Below are positions 1 through 9,587 of a stretch of DNA of 45,187 nucleotides, piece after piece (positions within the stretch are counted from its first letter, which is position 1; each line of letters starts with the position of its first letter). The stretch is taken from assembly GCA_011056835.1 (NCBI GenBank), contig DSDU01000096.1:1-45187 (forward strand), written 5' to 3'. Position numbers and translations under genes: made by a program. The notes below the pieces were generated by a model. That model saw only the letters and a list, made by a program, of their open reading frames with translations. It did not search any database and was not told the DNA's origin. The DNA is from Deltaproteobacteria bacterium (GTDB lineage Bacteria; Desulfobacterota; Syntrophia; Syntrophales; UBA6807).

Positions 1-75
1 GTCCATCCACGTGCACGGTTTTTGGCCCCCGGTGTTCATTTTCCGGGCACCAATTGACCCGTAATATACACGTAA

Positions 76-231
76 CTAATTACTATATCAATGTGTTTTA
101 CTTTTTCAGGAGGCTCTAATTATGAAAAGCAGTACGACCAACTTATTTTTTTCTTCAATGACAAAGACATCCTGACGCACTACGGAGCAAGCTTCAATGC
201 AGATGAGGCATCATATGGATTTCCGTTTTAA
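76..231 (+). pseudogene. C-terminal fragment of a lipoprotein paralogous to the next gene
   Basis: Frame 1 reads ...FSGGSNYEKQYDQLIFFFNDKDILTHYGASF...FPF*. It shares YD-x-L-xx-FF-xxxx-IL with the downstream protein (RYDTLALFFTPDHIL). In-frame stops at 55 and 73 cut off the N-terminus. Confidence 0.45.
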
Positions 232-655
232 GATCATCATCTTATTGGGAGGGATTTCGATATTTCTCTTCGTTGGATGCGTTTCATACCAGATGGTAAA
301 ATCCGTGGAAGGATCACCGGTGATTTCACCGGGCACTACTCTTGTCATCGGCAAGACAACCCTGTATGATGTATTATTCCGCTTCGGTGCCCCGAATCAG
401 GTGATCGAGATGGAGGGAAGAAATCTCATTCTCTATGAGAGGATATTGTATCGACAAAACGCTCTTACGATCGGCATCCCCGTCATGGGCGAAATCGGGG
501 GGCCGAACTTCGATTTCTCTGCGCGAGGCGGATTGACCCGATACGACACGCTGGCTCTTTTTTTTACGCCTGACCATATCCTCTGCGATATGGTATGTGA
601 ACGAGGGTCACACCGACCTTACCTGAAAAGTTTGTTTTCTGATAAAGAAAAGTAG
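215..655 (+). CDS. Putative lipoprotein, SmpA/OmlA (BamE)-like domain
   Basis: Signal peptide with lipobox (IIILLGGISIFLFVG-C). GKTTLYDVLFRFGAP resembles the SmpA/OmlA motif. ATG at 215 follows GAGG; the ORF track starts at 197. Confidence 0.6.
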   Translation: MDFRFKIIILLGGISIFLFVGCVSYQMVKSVEGSPVISPGTTLVIGKTTLYDVLFRFGAPNQVIEMEGRNLILYERILYRQNALTIGIPVMGEIGGPNFDFSARGGLTRYDTLALFFTPDHILCDMVCERGSHRPYLKSLFSDKEK

Positions 656-857
656 CGCCCCAGGTAATTGATTCGAGGGTCATAACGATTTTGTATGAGG
701 TCTTACATCTCGTATCACGAAATATCGATGTAAACGCTCCGAAGGTGAAGTTTGTCAATACGTGTCATAATCGAAAGTACGTTTTCTAACCGTAACGATC
801 GGTCGGCATTCATTTTTTTGAACAGATCGACATGCTAACAACGGTGATTAATCTGAA

Positions 858-2339
858 CTAGGCAACGCTCCAGGAAGTCCTGTCATGCATATCTTTGAGA
901 ATAATTTTTTTCGATATAAGAAGATCACGTATTTCGTCGGCTTTCCGCCAGTCCCTGGCAACCCGTGCTTCCCAGCGCTCCTTGATGAGGCTCTCAATTT
1001 CATCAATATCCAAGCCTAATTTTTCCGCCTCTCGCCTCCTGTCCTGTTCAAAATACTCATCCGGCTCTTCCATAAACAATCCCAGCACGTTACCAACCTC
1101 TCTCATGATTGTTTTTCCTTCGTTCAGGACAAAGAGCGATTCCTTCGTCGCCTTGAATGTCTTATCTGTGTAATAGCCGTTTATCACCCTAACCGCATCA
1201 AATATATATCCAAGCGCTCTGGCCGTATTGAAATCATCATCCATGGCTTCTATGAATCGTTCCGGGAGCGAACGAATCTTATTATACATCTCTTCATCGC
1301 CACTGGTCAGGTTTCTCGGCGATACGGCGGAAAAATCAACATCCATGGCGAGGTACCTTTCAATGTTCCGAAGTGTGTCATAAAACCGCTCCATTCCGAG
1401 GCGGGCATCCGCCAGAGACTCTTCAGAAAAATCAACAGGGCTCCTATAGTGACTGTGCAACATGAACATCCTCAAGACTTCGGGGTGGTATCGCTCCATC
1501 GCCTCCCGCATGTTAAAGATATTGCCGAGAGATTTGGACATCTTCTCCTGGTTCACCCTTATAAAACCATTATGAATCCAATATCTCGCAAATGTTTTTC
1601 CCGTTGCCCCCTCAGACTGGGCAATCTCGTTTTCGTGATGAGGGAAAATAAGATCCCGCCCGCCACCATGAATATCAAACGTTTCCCCCAAGAATCGTTG
1701 ACTCATAACGGAACACTCGATATGCCATCCCGGTCGTCCCCGTCCCCAGGGGCTCACCCACCATGGCTCACCTTCTTTTGCCGATTTCCAGAGAATAAAA
1801 TCGAGCGGGTTCTTTTTCTTCTCATCAACTTCTATTCGAGCCCCCGCCATCATTTCATCGATATTTCTTCCCGATAACTTTCCATATCCCTGAAATTTTT
1901 TCACCGAATAATAAACGTCACCATCGACGACATACGCTAATCCCTTTTCGATCAGATCTGAGACAAGCCTGATCATACCTTGAATATTTTCCGTCGCCTT
2001 TGGCGTTATTGTCGGTCGGGCTATGCCAAACTTGTCCATGTCTTTATTATGTTCTTTTATGTATCGCTCAGATATTTCAATGATATCAGTGCCTTCCGCG
2101 TTTGCCTTTGCAATGATCTTGTCATCGACATCAGTAAAATTCTTGACATATGTTACATCGAATCCCCGGTACTTGAAGTATTTAAAAATAACATCGAAAA
2201 CCACGGCCGAGCGGGCATGTCCGATATGACACATATCGTAGGCAGTAATACCGCAGACGTATATCCCCACTTTCCCCTTCTCAAGGGGAACAAAATCTTC
2301 CTTTTTGTTTGTTATCGTGTTGTAGAAGCGTAGGGCCAT
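858..2339 (-). CDS. cysS: Cysteinyl-tRNA synthetase
   Basis: YVCGIT, HIGH, PGWHIECS, DLIFPHHENE and KMSKS motifs. Confidence 0.98.
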   Translation of the reverse strand: MALRFYNTITNKKEDFVPLEKGKVGIYVCGITAYDMCHIGHARSAVVFDVIFKYFKYRGFDVTYVKNFTDVDDKIIAKANAEGTDIIEISERYIKEHNKDMDKFGIARPTITPKATENIQGMIRLVSDLIEKGLAYVVDGDVYYSVKKFQGYGKLSGRNIDEMMAGARIEVDEKKKNPLDFILWKSAKEGEPWWVSPWGRGRPGWHIECSVMSQRFLGETFDIHGGGRDLIFPHHENEIAQSEGATGKTFARYWIHNGFIRVNQEKMSKSLGNIFNMREAMERYHPEVLRMFMLHSHYRSPVDFSEESLADARLGMERFYDTLRNIERYLAMDVDFSAVSPRNLTSGDEEMYNKIRSLPERFIEAMDDDFNTARALGYIFDAVRVINGYYTDKTFKATKESLFVLNEGKTIMREVGNVLGLFMEEPDEYFEQDRRREAEKLGLDIDEIESLIKERWEARVARDWRKADEIRDLLISKKIILKDMHDRTSWSVA

Positions 2340-2396
2340 GCCAACCTCCCTCTCCTTTCCTGTGGTCTTTATTTGCCGGTGGTTTGGTGTGTATGA

Positions 2397-3434
2397 TTAC
2401 GGAAAGAGGGGGACCATATTCAATCCCGTATCCTCAGGTAAACCGTACATGAGATTCATGTTCTGTACCGCCTGACCGGCGGCGCCCTTTATAAGATTAT
2501 CGATCGATGATACTATTATCACTCTTCTCGTTCTTTCGTCAAGGGCCAGTCCGATATCACAATAATTCGAACCCTTGACTGAGGAAATATTGGGAACCAT
2601 ACCGTCATCATAGATTCGTACAAATTGTTCACCCCTATAGAATGTCTTATACATATCAATAAGTTCCCCGATAGAGGTTTCATTCAGAATGGTCGCGTAA
2701 ATCGTACTTAAGATGCCGCGATTTGCCGGTATTAAATGGGGAATGAATGTCACGGCAACGTTACATCCGGCTAAGATACTTAATTCCTGGTCTATTTCGG
2801 GGGTATGACGATGGGTTCCTATTTTATACGCCTTAAATCCTTCATTGACTTCGCAGAACAGAGACCCGACTGAAGGTTCACGTCCGGCACCGCTTACACC
2901 TGACTTTGAATCAACAATAACCGACGACGGTTCAATAACACCGGCTTTAATGATCGGCGCCAGACCGAGAATAACGCTTGTCGGGTAACACCCGGGGTTT
3001 GCGACAAGATCTGTTTCCTTAATTTCATCTCTGTATAATTCGGGAAGTCCGTAGACAGCCCTGCGAACCAACTGAGGTGACGAGTGTCGCTTATACCATG
3101 ACTCGTAGACACTGACATCCCGCAGCCGATAATCTGCACTCAGATCAATAACCTTGGTGCCGTTATTCAAAAAAAGCGGCGCAGCTTCCATGGCCTCGCC
3201 ATGGGGAACGGCCAAAAACACCACATCGCAGAGATCTGCAACGTCTTTGGGTGACGCGTCGACATAGTCCGCCCTCGTCAATCCCTTGAAAAGGGGGTAT
3301 ACATCGGCTATCGGCACACCTTTATATTTGCGCGACGTCAGTGCAACAACCTGCGACTTTTCGTGCCGTATCAGAATCTTCAGCAGTTCCTGCCCCGTAT
3401 ATCCACTGGCCCCATAGATGCCGACCTTGACCAT
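2397..3434 (-). CDS. argC: N-acetyl-gamma-glutamyl-phosphate reductase
   Basis: GASGYTG, DLSADYRL, VANPGCYPT and DNLIKGAAGQAVQNMN. Start set at the ATG at 3434 after GGAGG. Confidence 0.97.
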   Translation of the reverse strand: MVKVGIYGASGYTGQELLKILIRHEKSQVVALTSRKYKGVPIADVYPLFKGLTRADYVDASPKDVADLCDVVFLAVPHGEAMEAAPLFLNNGTKVIDLSADYRLRDVSVYESWYKRHSSPQLVRRAVYGLPELYRDEIKETDLVANPGCYPTSVILGLAPIIKAGVIEPSSVIVDSKSGVSGAGREPSVGSLFCEVNEGFKAYKIGTHRHTPEIDQELSILAGCNVAVTFIPHLIPANRGILSTIYATILNETSIGELIDMYKTFYRGEQFVRIYDDGMVPNISSVKGSNYCDIGLALDERTRRVIIVSSIDNLIKGAAGQAVQNMNLMYGLPEDTGLNMVPLFP

Positions 3435-3451
3435 AACACCCTCCATAAACG

Positions 3452-3477
3452 AAAAAAGGAGGCCACAGCCCCCTTTT
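3452..3477 (-). terminator. Intrinsic terminator after rpsI
   Basis: Minus strand GGGGGC-TGTG-GCCTCC followed by T6. Confidence 0.6.
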
Positions 3478-3485
3478 CGATCTGC

Positions 3486-3878
3486 TTATCTTTTTGAATA
3501 TTGGAATCTTTTTCGTGCTCCCGGCTGGCCGTATTTCTTTCGTTCCTTCACCCGGGCATCCCGTGTGAGAAAACCCGCTTTTTTTAATATTGGTCTGAAC
3601 TCTTCATCGTATTCAACCAAAACTTTTGATATCCCATGCTTCACAGCACCGGCCTGTCCGGCGATTCCCCCTCCCCTGACATTGATATAAAAATCAAAGG
3701 CATCATTTTTGCCGACCAGATTAAGAGGTTGCTCAATAATTCGTACAAGGCTGTCACCAGGGAAATAGGTCCTGACATCCCCCTTATTAATAACCCAGCG
3801 TCCGCTTCCTTCTTTCATCCATACCCTGGCTATAGCCGTTTTTCTTTTCCCCGTTGCGTAGTATCTTCTTTCTGCCAT
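3486..3878 (-). CDS. rpsI: 30S ribosomal protein S9
   Basis: ATGKRKTAIARV, GGGIAGQAGA and the C-terminal ERKKYGQPGARKRFQYSKR. Confidence 0.98.
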   Translation of the reverse strand: MAERRYYATGKRKTAIARVWMKEGSGRWVINKGDVRTYFPGDSLVRIIEQPLNLVGKNDAFDFYINVRGGGIAGQAGAVKHGISKVLVEYDEEFRPILKKAGFLTRDARVKERKKYGQPGARKRFQYSKR

Positions 3879-3911
3879 ATTAGACTCCACCATGTAATCT
3901 TTTCTGATGCA

Positions 3912-4340
3912 TTATATTTCGAGGGATTGAGGCTGCTGCGCCCGGTGTGGGTGTTCCTCTCCCGTATATACTTTAAGCTTCTTAAGCATTCTTCTCCCCA
4001 AACTGTTCTTTGGAAGCATACCCCGTACGGCAAGATGCAAGAGTCTTTCCGGCTTCTCCTTCAGCATTTTACCCGCAGGAGTCGATGTCAGACCCCCCGG
4101 ATAACCTGAATGACGATAATATATTTTATCGGTCAGTTTTTTGCCGGTAAGCGAAATCTTGTCCGCATTGACGACAACCACGAAGTCCCCCGTATCAACA
4201 TGGGGCGTATAGACGGGTTTATGCTTTCCTCTCAATCGCCTCGCGACCTCACTGGCAACCCGTCCGAGGACCTTGCCCTGAGCATCTACGATAAACCACT
4301 CTCTTTTAACATCAGATTCCTTTGCACTATATGTTTTCAT
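3912..4340 (-). CDS. rplM: 50S ribosomal protein L13
   Basis: [22 protein letters not shown] and HPHRAQQP. Confidence 0.98.
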   Translation of the reverse strand: MKTYSAKESDVKREWFIVDAQGKVLGRVASEVARRLRGKHKPVYTPHVDTGDFVVVVNADKISLTGKKLTDKIYYRHSGYPGGLTSTPAGKMLKEKPERLLHLAVRGMLPKNSLGRRMLKKLKVYTGEEHPHRAQQPQSLEI

Positions 4341-4375
4341 ATATTGATCACAGCTCCCTTGAGACTTAAGCAGAC

Positions 4376-4404
4376 AAACTATGAAATTTATATAGCTTTG
4401 TCAA
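4376..4404 (-). promoter_or_regulatory. Sigma70-type promoter of rplM-rpsI
   Basis: TTGACA-17 nt-TAGTTT, ending 35 nt upstream of the rplM start. Confidence 0.65.
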
Positions 4405-4416
4405 GAAAAAAACCCC

Positions 4417-6648
4417 CTATTCCCCACTAATATTTTCCATATCAGCTTCTGCACGGGCAATCTTCCCCAGACCGTACAGCGACAGTATGATCATGAATTT
4501 TTTATCATCGGGCGTGTCCGAATAGGCCATCTCGACGCTCCAACATTGACTTGAATAATTAACACCGTAAAGTGATTCAAGCGTTTTATTATCCAGTTCA
4601 TTCTTTCTGAGTTTATAGTTCATCTGCAGCGAATCGGTGATGTGCGCCTTCAACAACAGATTGATCTCTTCAACCGAGTTCTGGGTATATCGATACTCAA
4701 CAGTACAAGAATCTCCCCGCCAGTCGCTCACCCTCGCATGGTAATTCGTTTTCTTCCATTCACCGTCATTGACGTCATAACTTGTATCAGCATCAAACGA
4801 CAGATACCTGAACGGATCAATATTGAGCTCCATACGGACAATACCGAAGGGCCGTTTCTTATCAGTCGTGCCGGTCGTTTTCCCTCGTGCTTCTCTGATA
4901 TCGTATGTCTGGCTCAGCTTAAACCTGAAAAATTCATTATATCGCCTGTTTCCGTGGTCGTCAGCCAATCGGGCGATTAATGTGTTTGTCAACGAATAGG
5001 TGATGGTATTCTGTTCCGGGATCTCATCAACATAGTCGATTCTGTCTCCTTGGTAAACATAAGGGATGTATCTATATGTAATTTCGGGCCGTATTCCATG
5101 TCGTATCATCTGTATCGTTTGTCCGCCTACATTGAATATCCGGTGAACCTCCGTTGAAGCCGTCGCGGCTGCATCATATAATTCACGATTACCCCGTTTG
5201 CCCGGTGATGTGTCGTCGGAATGTGAACCGTCCCACATGGTTTCCCGAACCCCGATCTGGGGTGTAATTTGAAAATAGTTCTTGTATCGAAGGGGAAGTG
5301 AAATAATCGGATGCACATCAAAGTAATGGCCTCGATATCCTTCGTTTCGGTAATAGTAGTCGTACTGTGACTCCACTTCAAAGTTAAACGGCGTACCGAA
5401 CAGAGGCTGTGTAACTCCCGTAATGGTAATCTCGGGATATTTCTGCAACGTAGCATCATTCGAATATTCTTGTAGATTATCCGTATATTGACCAAGTACC
5501 GTTACATTGAATAAATTCCAGTTCTTCACGAGGCGTGCCGTTGAGTCGAGCGATGCGATTGATTTGTCGGCACGGAAAGAAATCTTTTCGAATCGTTTCT
5601 TGCCGCTTTTCTCGTAATGATCAAGATAATAATTACTATCGCCAAAATCCCTGAAAAACCAGTGATCGGAAACCTTCATGATATCCGCCCTGAAATAAAA
5701 ACCGGGGCTGAATGTTGTCTCATGATTCAGATAATAGGACCACCGTTTCTGATTCCCTTTCCAATCGCGCTGAAGAACATCGTTATCAGAAATTCCCTGC
5801 TCTTTCGAGTCATTGAGATAATCACCGTAAAATGTTCCAAATGTATCTTCGCTGATACAATAACGAAATTCGACTCCTTCCTGAAATCCCCGTTCACTCA
5901 TGTATCTTTGATAGAATGTCGCATCGGCGTTATCGGAGAACGCCCAGAAGAATGGTATTCCCACATCCCACCCGTGCTTATCACTGGAATAACTGAAGCG
6001 TGGATAGAGCAACCCTGTTTGTCTGGTTGTTTTTGCAGGGAAGATGACATAGGGGATGTAGATGACAGGCCGATTTTTTACCTGAAATGTTCCATGTTTC
6101 AGCGTTCCATACCCATCAATAGTAACATCTAACTCTCTTCCGGTAAACCGCCAGTCAGGACGATCTCCATCGCATGTCGTTGCCGTTGCATTTTTAAGAA
6201 AATATGATGTTTCTCCCGTCTTCTTTATTTCTGTCCCGCTCAGATAAAAATGATTTTTCTCGAAGAACAGACTGCCGTTCCAGACCTCTCCAGTTTTTGA
6301 CTGGATGTTAAAACGGGCTTTATCACCGTAGAGTCGATCTTTATCACTCATAATAAATACATTGCCCTCCGCAGCCGCCTCTCCCTTCGTCCTGTTATAG
6401 TCTACGGTATCCGCCTGAAGATAACCTCCTTCAAAAGTAATAACGACATTTCCTGTAGCGGTATACCTGTCGTTGTCACTGTCATATGTCATGTCATCAG
6501 CTTCGATATTTACCGGTCCCCGCGGCTCGCTCGTTTCGAAGGCGGCAATCGGCTGAATGGCACCGAGGGTTATTACACAAACAGCCAATTTCAGGATCAC
6601 ATCGCGAACTCTCACAAGCCAGTCTCCCCAGCTCATCACCGGTATCAC
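4417..6648 (-). CDS. lptD: LPS assembly protein LptD
   Basis: Signal peptide; OstA-like N-domain (IEADDMTYD, ATGNVVI); ATTCD...PDW; RQTGLLYP; aromatic-rich barrel with C-terminal SQCW. Start codon uncertain. Confidence 0.88.
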   Translation of the reverse strand: MIPVMSWGDWLVRVRDVILKLAVCVITLGAIQPIAAFETSEPRGPVNIEADDMTYDSDNDRYTATGNVVITFEGGYLQADTVDYNRTKGEAAAEGNVFIMSDKDRLYGDKARFNIQSKTGEVWNGSLFFEKNHFYLSGTEIKKTGETSYFLKNATATTCDGDRPDWRFTGRELDVTIDGYGTLKHGTFQVKNRPVIYIPYVIFPAKTTRQTGLLYPRFSYSSDKHGWDVGIPFFWAFSDNADATFYQRYMSERGFQEGVEFRYCISEDTFGTFYGDYLNDSKEQGISDNDVLQRDWKGNQKRWSYYLNHETTFSPGFYFRADIMKVSDHWFFRDFGDSNYYLDHYEKSGKKRFEKISFRADKSIASLDSTARLVKNWNLFNVTVLGQYTDNLQEYSNDATLQKYPEITITGVTQPLFGTPFNFEVESQYDYYYRNEGYRGHYFDVHPIISLPLRYKNYFQITPQIGVRETMWDGSHSDDTSPGKRGNRELYDAAATASTEVHRIFNVGGQTIQMIRHGIRPEITYRYIPYVYQGDRIDYVDEIPEQNTITYSLTNTLIARLADDHGNRRYNEFFRFKLSQTYDIREARGKTTGTTDKKRPFGIVRMELNIDPFRYLSFDADTSYDVNDGEWKKTNYHARVSDWRGDSCTVEYRYTQNSVEEINLLLKAHITDSLQMNYKLRKNELDNKTLESLYGVNYSSQCWSVEMAYSDTPDDKKFMIILSLYGLGKIARAEADMENISGE

Positions 6649-6680
6649 ATTCTGTATCGTATCAAAGGACTAACTTAAGG

Positions 6681-7940
6681 TTATGCCTTCGTAAATATTT
6701 TTTTCACAGCCCCCACAAGATAGAATGAACCGGTAACGCAGATCATATCATTATCTTTCGCGAGTGAAAGGGCTTTGTCCAGAGCACCTCGAACATCTTC
6801 AATACACCATACCGCATCGGTATAGCGCCGGGCGGCTTCCGATAAAACCTGCGGATCAAGCGCACGTTCCGAATCTGGTTTCGTTACAATGATCATAGCG
6901 GCCGGTCGAGCGAGACTGCGCAGCATAGCACGGTAATCTTTATCCCTCAAGACACCGACAACAAGGATCATCTTATCATATGAAAAATCAGTAGCAAGGG
7001 ATTGAGATAAAGCTGCAGCGCCTGCAGGATTATGAGCTCCATCGATTACAAGAAGAGGTTTTCTGCTCAGCACCTCTAATCTCCCGTCACATCGTACATT
7101 TTTCAGTCCTCTTGAAATGGCATCCGGACTAATCGTGAATCCCTTCACGGTCAGGATATCAAGGACTCCCAAAGCGAGAAGCGCGTTATCTTTCTGGTGC
7201 TTTCCAGCAAGAGAAACTGACAGATTTTGATAGTCGTTGAAAATTCCATAATAGGAAAAGGTATCATGGCCCGACCTTCTCAAACGTATATCCCGTCCCG
7301 TGCAATATAGAGAAGCATTCAGCCCGCGACAGATCTTTTCGAGCACAGACCTGACAATCCGTTGTCTGGCGGCAGTCAAACAGATCCCGTTACGTTTGAT
7401 AATTCCCCCTTTTTCTCCGGCAATTGCCTGTAACGACTTACCCAGATAGGCCGTATGTTCCAATGAAACATTCGTGACGACCGAAACCTGGGGCACCACA
7501 ACATTCGTGGCATCCAACCTACCCCCCATGCCGACTTCGAGAACGGCAATATCGACTTTACGTCGCTCAAAATAACAAAACGCCAGGGCGGTGGCAAATT
7601 CAAAATACGTTATATCTTCCGTGATCTCTCTCCGCATCCGCTCTATGATATCGCAAAGCTCCTCATGGGAAATCATAAGAGTATCAACTCGTATGCGCTC
7701 CCTGAAATCAATGATATGAGGAGAGGTATACAGCCCCACGGTCAATCCGGCTTCGAGGAGCATTGATGAAGTCATCGCAGCAACCGATCCTTTCCCGTTC
7801 GATCCTCCGATATGAATGGTCGGATACTTTTTATGCGGGTTGCCGATGCGTCGAAGAAGTCTTGTTACAGGGCCGAGGTCAAGATTGATGCCTTTACTCT
7901 GAAGATTAAGAAAAAATGCGAGAGGATCAAGATTTGTCAT
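6681..7940 (-). CDS. folC: Dihydrofolate synthase/folylpolyglutamate synthase
   Basis: GSNGKGS, YTSPH, EVGMGGRLDATNV, DGAHNP and TGSFYLVG. Confidence 0.95.
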   Translation of the reverse strand: MTNLDPLAFFLNLQSKGINLDLGPVTRLLRRIGNPHKKYPTIHIGGSNGKGSVAAMTSSMLLEAGLTVGLYTSPHIIDFRERIRVDTLMISHEELCDIIERMRREITEDITYFEFATALAFCYFERRKVDIAVLEVGMGGRLDATNVVVPQVSVVTNVSLEHTAYLGKSLQAIAGEKGGIIKRNGICLTAARQRIVRSVLEKICRGLNASLYCTGRDIRLRRSGHDTFSYYGIFNDYQNLSVSLAGKHQKDNALLALGVLDILTVKGFTISPDAISRGLKNVRCDGRLEVLSRKPLLVIDGAHNPAGAAALSQSLATDFSYDKMILVVGVLRDKDYRAMLRSLARPAAMIIVTKPDSERALDPQVLSEAARRYTDAVWCIEDVRGALDKALSLAKDNDMICVTGSFYLVGAVKKIFTKA

Positions 7941-8103
7941 AAAATCAATTATTACGGAATTTCAATATTATGATTCGGAATATAGAACATTCAGGCTCGC
8001 TTAACCCCGTTTCCATATTTATTCTGACAATAGGATTTTCCCCATTCCTATCCGAGACTTTACCCGAGGGCGTCATGAATTATCGATAAAAGGTTCTGCC
8101 TTG

Positions 8104-8871
8104 TTAAATCTCAATAATCTCGCCTTCTTTAAGGATCTTGACGTTGTCCCTTGAAATTGAACTGATTTGATCTTCTATGAGTTCACGGTACTGTGGCTTA
8201 AGATGATATAAATATATATCGACAGTTTTAAGTAAAAAAAGTTTTTTCAGCTCATCATTAAAACTTGCCGGGGTAAAGTGGCCCGCCGCCTCGGCTATGC
8301 TCCTCATATCATTTGGGAATGATGTTTCAATAAAAATTGCTTTTAGGTCGGGAAGTATATTTGCAATCTCCCATATATCTTCTGTTGGTCCCGTGTCGCC
8401 GACAAAAATCACTGAACCTCCCTCAAACCGAACAACAAATGCCATTGTTTCAATTATGTGATTAACCAGTACCGCCTGTATTGTTAATGAATCAACTGAA
8501 TATGAACTTCTCGGATCTAACGCCCGGAATTTGATAACAGGGGCCTCCCTATTAGGGATTTCGGAAAAGTCGGGCCAAATAATATTGTTGAACAGATTCT
8601 CTCGAAGAATATTAATTATTCCTTGTGTTGTAATAATTTCGACGGGATGTTCCTTTCTTCCATGGAGGTTATCAGCTAAAAATGCAATGTCTTTAACATG
8701 GTCGAGATGAGCGTGGGTTATAAAAATATAATCTATCGCGATCTGTTCATCCAGGCTCAGAAGAGATGTTACTGTTCCCGCATCCACTAAAATATTCTTA
8801 TTAAGCAAAAAACTGGTCGTGTTATAGCCAGGAAGTTGTGCCCCATGACAACCCAATACTCTAATTTTCAT
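8104..8871 (-). CDS. Metallo-beta-lactamase-fold 3',5'-cyclic-nucleotide phosphodiesterase (class II-like)
   Basis: LGCHG, DAGT, THAHLDH, FNNIIWPDF, GDTGP, ETSFPN, GHFTP and YHLKP. Confidence 0.8.
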   Translation of the reverse strand: MKIRVLGCHGAQLPGYNTTSFLLNKNILVDAGTVTSLLSLDEQIAIDYIFITHAHLDHVKDIAFLADNLHGRKEHPVEIITTQGIINILRENLFNNIIWPDFSEIPNREAPVIKFRALDPRSSYSVDSLTIQAVLVNHIIETMAFVVRFEGGSVIFVGDTGPTEDIWEIANILPDLKAIFIETSFPNDMRSIAEAAGHFTPASFNDELKKLFLLKTVDIYLYHLKPQYRELIEDQISSISRDNVKILKEGEIIEI

Positions 8872-9002
8872 TCATTCTCTCCGTTATGTTCTTATAAGAC
8901 GGATGAGCAACCACGGAAAAACAGCGTTACAGATGCCTTTACGTAATAGAATTATTCAATAAAGTAAAGAGGTATTTGGATTGTAAAGAAAAGGAACAGA
9001 TC

Positions 9003-9041
9003 AAAAAAAGCCATGGAAGAAATTAGTTAATCCCCCATGGC
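9003..9041 (-). terminator. Intrinsic terminator after the EF-Tu-like small gene
   Basis: GCCATGG/CCATGGC stem followed by T7 on the minus strand. Confidence 0.55.
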
Positions 9042-9098
9042 AACCTGAAATTCATCAAGGTATGACGATTTTTACTTAAAATCTATCCATATAATATT

Positions 9099-9359
9099 TT
9101 AATCCGGAGTTACCAGAAAAACCTCATCTCCAGGTCGAACCCGGTCAGAGGTTTTTATTCCGATGTAATCGCCTTCAACGGCTTTTTCAACTTTCTCGTT
9201 ATTAATCTCCATAGAATTAATAAGTTCCTCGAAATCGGTCGTGTGTCCTGAGAATTTTATCGTATCACCCACTTTCAGCTCACCCGATGTAATCTTAACT
9301 GCTGCAACACTCGGTTTGGCAAAAAATTTTACAACCTCACCAATCTTTTCTTCAGCCAT
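9099..9359 (-). CDS. Small translation-factor beta-barrel protein (EF-Tu domain II / peptidase U32 C-terminal-like), 86 aa
   Basis: IGEVVKFF..SVAAVKI.SGELKVGDTI...SMEI....VEKA..GDYIGIK...VRPGDEVF matches the EF-Tu domain II pattern. Strong GGAGG ribosome binding site (RBS) before the ATG at 9359. Confidence 0.8.
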   Translation of the reverse strand: MAEEKIGEVVKFFAKPSVAAVKITSGELKVGDTIKFSGHTTDFEELINSMEINNEKVEKAVEGDYIGIKTSDRVRPGDEVFLVTPD

Positions 9360-9471
9360 GACCTGTCCTCCTTCCATTATTAGTTCCATAAATTATGACA
9401 TGATTTCTTTTATTGCACGTCGGTTCTTTATTTGGCGCGGCGAAAGATTAAAAAATATAAAAAGTGTCAAC

Positions 9472-9499
9472 ATTATAGAATTTTAAATGAAAAAAGCAA
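9472..9499 (-). promoter_or_regulatory. Candidate promoter for the EF-Tu-like small gene
   Basis: TTGCTT-16 nt-TATAAT, overlapping the rplQ terminator. Confidence 0.4.
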
Positions 9500-9520
9500 G
9501 GTATTTATAACCTTGCTTTT
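9490..9520 (-). terminator. Intrinsic terminator ending the alpha operon
   Basis: AAAAGCAAGGT/ACCTTGCTTTT inverted repeat with a T-run, downstream of rplQ. Confidence 0.75.
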
Positions 9521-9587
9521 GTGCTGGCTCCTAAATATTTACAGCGCAACTCGGTGGTGCCGTGTATTTAAAAACTTTTTTTGTGTG

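Noticed and set aside
108-175. AGGAGG followed by ATG at 122 (17-aa ORF MKSSTTNLFFSSMTKTS)
   Set aside because: Very short, and the same DNA is better explained as the frame-1 lipoprotein fragment.
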